DNA of 58,624 nt, filler included, from Basidiobolus ranarum (Eukaryota): assembly GCA_040143965.1 (NCBI GenBank). It is 7 parts of 7 records of this genome, joined end to end, with 100 filler letters (N's around TTAATTAATTAA, not from the genome) between each part and the next. Parts side by side here need not be neighbours in the genome. Positions count along the whole stretch, not along the records: positions 50,359 to 58,624 come from JASJQH010000991.1; 6 more parts are not named here. The stretch is one strand, 5' to 3'. The notes below the pieces were generated by a model. That model saw only the letters and a program-made list of their open reading frames with translations. It was not told the DNA's origin and made no database searches. How positions within the stretch are numbered: the first letter of the stretch is position 1; each line of letters begins with the position of its first letter. Shown piece by piece: positions 50,359 through 58,624 of this stretch. Made by a program: the position numbers and the translations under genes.

Positions 50359-51830
50359 AGTATTCTGGACACATTTCCAGTCAGAATTAACAGGCCCAAA
50401 AGCAATCAAAAGCTATTCTATTCTGGCAAGTACAAAGCCCACTGTGTAAAGTTCCTATCATGATTCTGATCTCGGCATACTGATCCACTGCATATGGAAC
50501 TCTTCTATTATGCGGGCCCGCGTGTTTGAACAATGGCAACAATACTTTGATGGAGCAAATCACAAAACTACAGTATATTGTGATCATAAGAACCTTCAGT
50601 ACTTTAGTAAAACCAAAGTTCTCAACCAATGTCAAGCAAGATAATCATTATTTCTTGCCAGTGTTGATTTTGTGATTATATATCAACCAGGTCGCCATCA
50701 AGGAAAACCTGATGCCTTATCACGTAGAGCAGAATTTCATCCTAAAGATGGGGATGAGGCCTTTGGCCAACACAATATTTCCTTACTGAAGCCCCCCAAC
50801 TTCAAATTAGTGCAACTGCCCTTTCTCTGCCTAGTTCAAGCATATTCCATGAAGACCTATTGTTAATATCAATCAAGAAGGCCCAGGAAGTATTCAAAGG
50901 CCTCTCAAGCTTGATCTTGTACCACTCTTTCTCTATCATCAATGATCTCATGTTTTATAAAAAGTGCCTTTACATTCCAGACCACACTTCCAGACTCAAA
51001 ATCATGCAGGAAAGATTTGACTTGCCACTTGCAGGACACTTTGGTATTGCCAAATCATATATGTTGGCATCCAGGGATTATTGATGGTCCAAAATGTTTG
51101 CATTTGTCAAGACTTATGTTTCCATCTGTGATACTTATGCTGAAGTAAAGACTCCAAAACATCAGCCCTATGGGCTCCTACAGCCACTTCTAATTCCTAA
51201 TAAGTGGTGGAAATCCATATTCCTAGATTTCATAACAGATCTACCCTTGTCTACCGAGTATGATTCAGTTCTGGTAATTGTTGAGCATCTAACAAAGATC
51301 ACCCACTTTGTGCCCTTCAGCAAGTCAATTGATGCAAAACAAAGAGCAGAATTGGTAACTCTAAACATCTTCCACCTACATAGACTCCCTGAAACTATCA
51401 TCTCTGACCAAGGACCTTTATTTGCGTCCAAATACTGGAAAAGTCTTCTCCAAACCTTGGGTAACTCTACCAATCTCTTGACTGCCTTCCATCCCCAATC
51501 TAATGGCCAAACTGAAAGACTCAATCATGTTTTGGAACAATATTTGTGAAACACTATCCACTATAATCAGGATAATAGGATGCAACTCTTGCCTCTTGCT
51601 GAATTTGCCTACAACAACCCTTATCATACCTCAACAATACAAACTTCTTTCTTTGCAAAGTATAGATTCCATCCTGGTTTCACAATTTACCCACCATCCA
51701 ATTTACCTTCCCCTGCTGCCTGAGACCATGCCACTTTCCTTAAGGACATCCATAAGCAATTTATATCCAAGTTGGAGCATGCTCAATCCCAATACATAAG
51801 CTTTGCTGATAAGAAAAGTTGTTGTTTCCA
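50359..51830 (+). mobile_element. Ty3/gypsy (Tf1/Tf2-like) RNase H-integrase fragment
   Basis: CDHKNLQYF, YQPG...KPDALSR, GHFG, YGLLQPL, DFITDLP, IISDQG, AFHPQSNGQTER. Confidence 0.9.
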
Positions 51831-51859
51831 GTTCTTGTCCAGTTCCTTATTGTGACACA

Positions 51860-54518
51860 TACTGATATTGATGGATAATATACTTCAACACTAGTTAAGC
51901 ATTTTTGCAAAATTCATGGGATTAAGCAAGAAACTACTGCCCCCTATTCAACTCAACATAATGGAGTTGCTCAAAGAGCTAACAGGACTATAATAGAAAG
52001 GGCAAGATCTGTGATAATTGCACAAATATCTCATAGCTTTTGGATGAAATTTGTTGCTACTGTTATATATCTGAAGAATAGAACTTTTACTAGAAGTTGT
52101 CTAACTTTACACCATATCAAGCTTAGTTTGGAGTCAAACATGTGTGAAACATTTGAGGATCTTTGGATGCATTGCTTATGTCAAACTTATGACCAAAAAT
52201 TAGTGTAAACTTCATCCAAAAAATAAGAAATGCATAATTCTGGGTTATTGTACTCAAACTAAAGCCTACAGCCTCTATGATACCAAAATTTCCACGTTAA
52301 TGAAGTCCAGGGGTGTTTTTTCAATGAAAATGAAACATGTTCAACCAAAATGATCTCCAAAGATGACTAAAATCAATGTTCCCCTGACCCAATCATTCAA
52401 ATTGATTTACAACAAAATATTGAAGAAAATGGCATTCCTGTGGACTCTTCAACCTAAATTTTTTATACTGAGGTGTCCTATAAACTTCCAGAAGTTGTAG
52501 CACCTTTATGCCTAACCAGGAGATAAAATTGGATTAGAAATAGCCCTAAAAACTATATCAATGAGTCATGAAATTGGCCCTATGCCTTCACAGCTCAAAT
52601 ACAAGAATCACAAACTGTAAAAGAGGCCCTGAATGGCCCTCACACAAAACTTTGGAGATCTGCAATGGCTGATGAGTACCAGGCTTTGATTGATAATCAA
52701 GTTTGGATTTTAGCCAAGTTACCAGATGATAGAAAATCAATTGCCTACCAATGGGTGTGTAGAGTTAAATTCAAATCTGATGGCAATATAGAAAGATACA
52801 AGGCTAAAGTAGTAGCCAAAGGCTATTCCCAAATGCAAGGAATTTGATTGTACAGAAACTGTTGCTCTTATAGCAGAGTTGAATTTAATTTGATTGAGTT
52901 TAGCAACTTTAGCTAAATATCAGTTAGTTATATATCATATGGATGTTAAAAATACTTTTTTGAATAGTGAGCTTGCTGAGTAGATCTATATAGACCTACC
53001 AGATGAATTTGTTGACCCAGAAAATCTAAATAAGTTTGGAGACTCCAGAAAACACTCCATGATGTAAAACAATCTGTAAGAGCTTGCAATAGCAAGATAG
53101 ATGCTTTTTTTGAAACAATCAAATTCCTAAAGAGTAATGCTGATCATAGTATCTACTTCAGGCCAGATAAGACAAGCCCAGTTTTATTAGCCTTATATGT
53201 TGATGACCTTGTTATAGCAACCATTGACTTGAAGACTTTGGAGAAAACCAAATCCAGCTTAGCTGCCAAATTCAATATGACTAATCTTGGTAAACTGATG
53301 TACTGACTTTGAATTCAAATTCAGATATATAGGACTACCAAAACAATGACTTAAAGCTACTCTAAGTATATCCTAGATATACTAAAGATGTTTAAAATAG
53401 AAAAATGTAATCCAGTATCTACCCCAATGGAGACAAATCTTAACTTGACCAAAAATGCCTCAAATCAGAAATTTTTGAATTTAAATGCAAGATAGAAATA
53501 TTCTTAGCCATTGATGGTTGATTGTTTGATGTATATTAGGGCTGGAGCATGGCCAGATATTGCATATTCTGTGAGAGTTATGTGCCTATATCTTCAAAAT
53601 TAAGGATCTGGTCAAATCATAGCAGTTAAGAAAATTTCAGATATTAGAAAGGTACTGTGAATCCATGCTGGAAATACATATATTCCGGATCCAATTTTGA
53701 TCTGATGGGGTACTCAGATGCAAATTGGGGAAGAGATGTTGAAGAGAGGTGATTTACAACAGGTTACTTATCTTGTGGTTGTAATGGAGCTATTTAGTTG
53801 AATTCAAAGAAACAACCTACCAGAGCACTTTCAACTACAGAAGCAGAAAATATGGCTGCCTGTGATACAACAAAAGAAACAATATGGTTGAGGAAACTTT
53901 TAACATATTTAGGCTATTCTCAAAATTCACCAACTACAATATTTCAAGATAATCAAAGTTGTATCAAATTAGCTAAAAATCCAACATTTCATAATAGAAG
54001 CAAGCATATTAAGCAACACTTCATTATAGAGATCATAGAGCATAGGTTTATTGACTTAATTCATTGCTCTACAGAAGATATGTTTGCTGATATATTAACC
54101 ATACCATTAGCCAGACAGAAATTTGAGAAATTTAGATCTTTATTGGGATTAGCTTATATGACTATTTAGTTGAAGGAGAGTGTTGAGGTTACTGTTGCCT
54201 AAGAATCTATATAGTCATTTATAGCTTAGTACTTATTTATCTTATTTTTCATTAAGCTACTTTCCATTATTCTAAATTAGAATTTAGTCAGAATATTTTT
54301 ACCTAATTAGAAGTTCTTGGATATATAGAGTTTTTAAAGAAGCCCCAAACTTTGCTCACATGTTCCGGGGACCAAACTTAACACATTCTATATATCAGTT
54401 TGTTTACTTCTTGATAAAACTAAATATGTCAACTTTCTACTGAATAAATCAATAAGTCAAAACCACCAATTTGTCTAATTTGCCAAATCACTTCCATCAG
54501 GCTCCCAAACACTTAACA
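51860..54518 (+). mobile_element. Copia family B IN-RT-RH, PPT and 3' LTR (54181-54518)
   Basis: Collinear with 9400-10850; LYVDDL, STTEAE, QDNQSC; TTGAAGGAGAG then TGTTG...TTAACA. Confidence 0.92.
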
Positions 54519-55019
54519 CTTGAACAGTATCTTCAAAAGTATGAAGGGCTAAATGCAGTGAAAATATGCATAAAGTGGCTTCAGAAGAAGAACTTTCATC
54601 TTAACATAAAGTATGGTGTTGACCATGCAGATATCTGGCAAGAACATAATACAGAGTGACATAATAACAGAAGGTATTTACCAGACAGCTGGAAGAATTT
54701 TGATTCCACAACACTAATAGTATGGTGGTCTTTGATGGAGATATTGATACAGACTTGGGTTGAATATGAGCTAAACCTTGGGCATGAAAAACTCCATAAA
54801 ATTATTATGAAGAATATATCAAAGACACTAGGGAATTCAATGGTGACAAATTGGCATTCAAGTAATTAATGCATGAATTTGAGTTATAGTTTTTGCATAT
54901 GTTTTAATTGATAGTTTTCCAAGATTGTAGCTAATCATGTGCAACTATTTTGCAAGATCTTGGAAATTCACTGATCAAGCAGAAACAATAGATGTAGACC
55001 ATTTCAATCTTTTATTCAC

Positions 55020-57600
55020 AGGTTTTATGCAGTAATTGATGTTGCTTTACATGTATTTATGGGCTCCCCAATTGAATCAGCTGGATTCTGAGTGCATTTG
55101 ACAAATTCCTATCTTTCTTAATTTGTGGAGAATTTGATCTCCTTGAACCCTCATTTGCAAGTCTAGCTATAACCTGTTCTATTGGACATGGCTGTGATCT
55201 TGATTCTGGAGCTTTTAAGATGCTCCAAAGCATATCTGTCTGCCTTCCAAGTAGTTTCATAACACCTCATCTTAAAACAAAGGATCTCCATTGGCAATGA
55301 ACTGATATGTCATAGGTTTGAGAGTATATATGATATAAGCAATAGAATCTGCCAAATTCATTAAAATTAGGACTACCATGTTGAGGTTTATTGTCTTTAT
55401 CATGTTTATTATCTCTATCTATATACACCTAACTATTTCATATATCACATATAAGTTAGTTTACATTACTTAGTCAAATATCACTTAGCTGAAAATTGAA
55501 ACATATATTATATATATATGTGAATAATGTGAGAATTAGTAATTCCATATTGGAAATTTCAAACTTGTCCAAATTGCCACAAAGATAGCTCATTTTACTC
55601 CTACAGATGTTCTGAACACAAACCCAGTGTTAGTTTTCTGTATTTCCACCAAAAAGTATAAATGCTTTATTTCTGGACAATAAACAATAATTGCACAAAG
55701 CTACTCACAACTCCACTTTTCTAAAGTTCCTCCAAACAGCCCTTATTTTCCCAACATAGCAGTTGTGCAACATAGAGCATATTTGCTTGACATTAAGACT
55801 CAATTACTTCCTTGAGTGTTTTCCCAGCTTATTGGATACTTTTGGCTTAGCGTGTATTTCACATATCAGAGTTCTGGGGAGATGGACAGAGTACATTTAG
55901 GGCTTTCCTCCACTTCTTGTGGAGGGTAAGGCTAAGTTCTGGTGGCTCCTCTGACACTACAGTCTCAAGTTCTTGTTTTCTTGTACCATATGTCTTTGAC
56001 ATCCATAAGCTAGATGTTTTACAATTAAAATTCTTGAAAATGAGAAAACTGCAATAGTAGCATGGATGCATGTTCCTTTGACAGCTACCTTAGGGCTCCT
56101 AGCTTGATTAAGGCCATAATGGGGTATACAAGTGTTCTGACAAATTTTAGAATAGTAATTCACACACTGTACATTTATTGTAATTAACATGTCCAGTTTA
56201 TAGATTTCTTTGAGGTAGGACTATGAAGATACCTTAGATTGGAGTGAATATGCCTGTAAAGCAAGGGTGAGGATTTGAGGTGATAAGGTGAAATTTTCCA
56301 AAATTAGTCAAAATTGATGAAAATACTATGATTGATATATATATCTGTAAAAACCATAAAGGCATAGTGTTCAACGTCAGAATGGAGTGTGAAATTATCA
56401 GTATTTGAATAAGCTAATAATCAAACAATACATTAGTGTTAAGCTTATGTGAGCATTTACATGCAACCAATAATTTCATATGTCTCCTGGAAATAGACTT
56501 TAGAATTTCAAAATTAACATCTGCTAAAAGTGTGGTGGAGGTGTCAGCAAACATTTCTCAAATAAGGTAAGTGCCATGATACCATATTTTTTAGCTTCTC
56601 TAACAAATTTATGCTTAATATCTGCAAGTTTAGTTCTACAATGAAGTACATATTTTATAGCTGATGGAACATGACTTGACTGTGTCAAATACATGGTATC
56701 AGGTTATTTCATGTATGCCAGTTAAAAAAATAGCTATCTTAATCACATAGCTTCTTGTGCTGAAGCAGCTACTGCCACATATTCTGCTGCTATGTTGAAA
56801 ATGCTGCAATAAGTTGCTTCTTGCAATTCCAAGTTTTAGCATCAATACTTTAATAAAGTGTACTAAGTGGTTGCTTGTCTAAAATCAACATTATTTCCCC
56901 TGGGTGGATCACTGTAGCCTTCAAAATATGCACTTCAAGAGTGGCAGAGTATTCCAGTACTGTATCTACAGTTTACCTGGCATATCTGGACATTCATTTT
57001 ATTTATATTCTGAGCTGAAATCCTGCATTGTTGAGGTTATAGCTTACATTACCTGCCACTATAGTAATGTGTGATATATTGAAGCCCTTTTCTATAGTGA
57101 ACTACCCTCTATGCATATATGTGGGCACTCCTGGCTTTCATTGGGGCCATTTTGCAACAAATTGGTAAAATATTTCATCTATATCACATTTGGAGCTATT
57201 GGGATCCATACAAGCTTGCAAATCTCCATGTCAAAGCTTTTTGAGGTCTTAGAGATATAGACAGATAGATTCAGCACCAATTCAAGATGGGATATACCTC
57301 AATTGACTTTTATTGGAGCAATATTAGTTATTCAAAATCAGCTGATTATTGTCTAATTCAAGGCTCACATTTCAATGTTGCTTTGAGCCATTTATTCTCA
57401 CAAAGTGGCAAAATAGGGATCCCATTGTGAGTAATACATAAGCAGATACTCCTGTCTTATATGCTGTTTTCAGTGTCTAGTGACTCTAAATACACATCTG
57501 CTCTGTCAAACCATTACCTGCATACTGTCTTGATTGGTACTTTGTTAAGGTTTTAAGGCACTTTATGTCATTGAAACCCAAAACCAGCAAGTTTATGTTG
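55020..57600 (-). mobile_element. Highly decayed copia gag, LTR-like and pol remnants
   Basis: Reverse-strand gag-like (KWRKALNVLC) and RT/RNase H-like remnants with many lesions. Confidence 0.6.
55379..55756 (+). repeat. Solo LTR of a third type (378 bp)
   Basis: TGTTG...CAACA termini; flanks TACCA/TAGCA (4/5 TSD match); AATAAA near the 3' end. Confidence 0.7.
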
Positions 57601-57639
57601 CTGTGGTACTTCTCACAGTTTATGATGAAGATAACTCAA

Positions 57640-58624
57640 GTTTGGAAATTAGGTAAGTAGCAACTCATTATTTAGTAGTTAGTTAATTCATATTGTGATT
57701 ATTTTGAATTTAATTCTTCCACTTGAAATTGAGTGTTTATAGACCTAACTAATAGTAATATCAATTAGATCACTTTACCAATTTTCACCATTTTCTAAAA
57801 ACTTCTCAAAATCACCTAAATTATCACCCATACTTAACAGGCATATTTGTTAAGCTCTAAGCATGTTCAATAGTTTGTTGCATTGAAACTATGAATAGGA
57901 CATATGCAATTCAATAAAACTCAAATATTTTAATGCAAATGCATATCCTGTCTAAAACACTGCAAAATCCCCTAAACACTTTTATCAGGTTATGAGCCCC
58001 AAGCTGGCTATTGAAGGAATGATAACCATTACTATACCAACATTTTTGCATCCACCAAGAAGTTTAATGGTGAAGAATTTCACCTCTGAAGGTTTCAGAT
58101 GCAAATGGTGCTAGAGACAGAAACCTAGGGGGATTTGTTGCCTGAGAAGAAATAAAGCCAAAGGGACAACCAGAAGCTATCCTTGCCTTAAACAAGCAGC
58201 AGAGGAAAGCACTCTCTACACTTTGTCTACATCTCAGAGATTGTCAATTGAGGCACATTCAATCAGCCAATAACATCCAAAATGCTTGGAAAACACTGGA
58301 GGGACTATATGAGACTAAAAGTCTGGCTAATAGGCTATATCTTAGGTGAAAATCATTCTCAATGCAGATGAATTCTGATGATTCTATGCATAATCATATA
58401 AATCAGAAAAAACTATGGCAGAGCAGCTCTCATCCATTGGAACACCTCTAAATGAAGATAACTTAGTCATGGCACTACTTGGGAGCCTGCCAGACAAGTT
58501 TGGGAACCTCATAATTGCCCTAGAATCAAGATCAGAGCCATTAACAATGGAATATGTTGGTGCTAGGCTCTTGAATGAAGAATTAAGGAGATCTAATTCT
58601 CAACAAAATAAAGCAGAACAGGTA
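57640..58624 (+). mobile_element. Copia family A 5' LTR (~57640-57987), PBS and gag
   Basis: LTR ends TTTTATCA, followed by GGTTATGAGCCCC; gag KKFNGEEFH..., LLGSLPDKF. Confidence 0.9.

Overview
This window is seven unlinked contigs (8314, 8309, 8304, 8288, 8274, 8269 and 8266 bp, sorted by decreasing length) joined by identical 100-nt N/TTAATTAATTAA/N spacers, so adjacency across spacers means nothing. The DNA is AT-rich eukaryotic sequence with short GT-AG introns, most consistent with an early-diverging fungus (Basidiobolus-like; inference only). Host genes: DHR1/DHX37 helicase, the 3' part of MLH3, an F-box/LRR protein, a GHSxG lipase, a BAHD acyltransferase, a Cys-rich GPI-anchored protein, a small Pro-rich secreted protein, a DUF6924-like protein and a decayed actin duplicate. 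Roughly half the window is nested, strongly CpG-depleted transposon debris: at least three Ty1/copia LTR types, Ty3/gypsy, a CACTA fragment and a Tourist-like MITE. The most notable locus is contig 6. It holds a head-to-tail array of five secreted polysaccharide lyase family 6 (alginate lyase/chondroitinase B-like) gene copies: two intact, two pseudogenes and one cut by the contig end. They look bacterial (actinobacterial-type) in origin but share a spliceosomal intron, suggesting a horizontally acquired enzyme family that was domesticated and amplified in the fungus.
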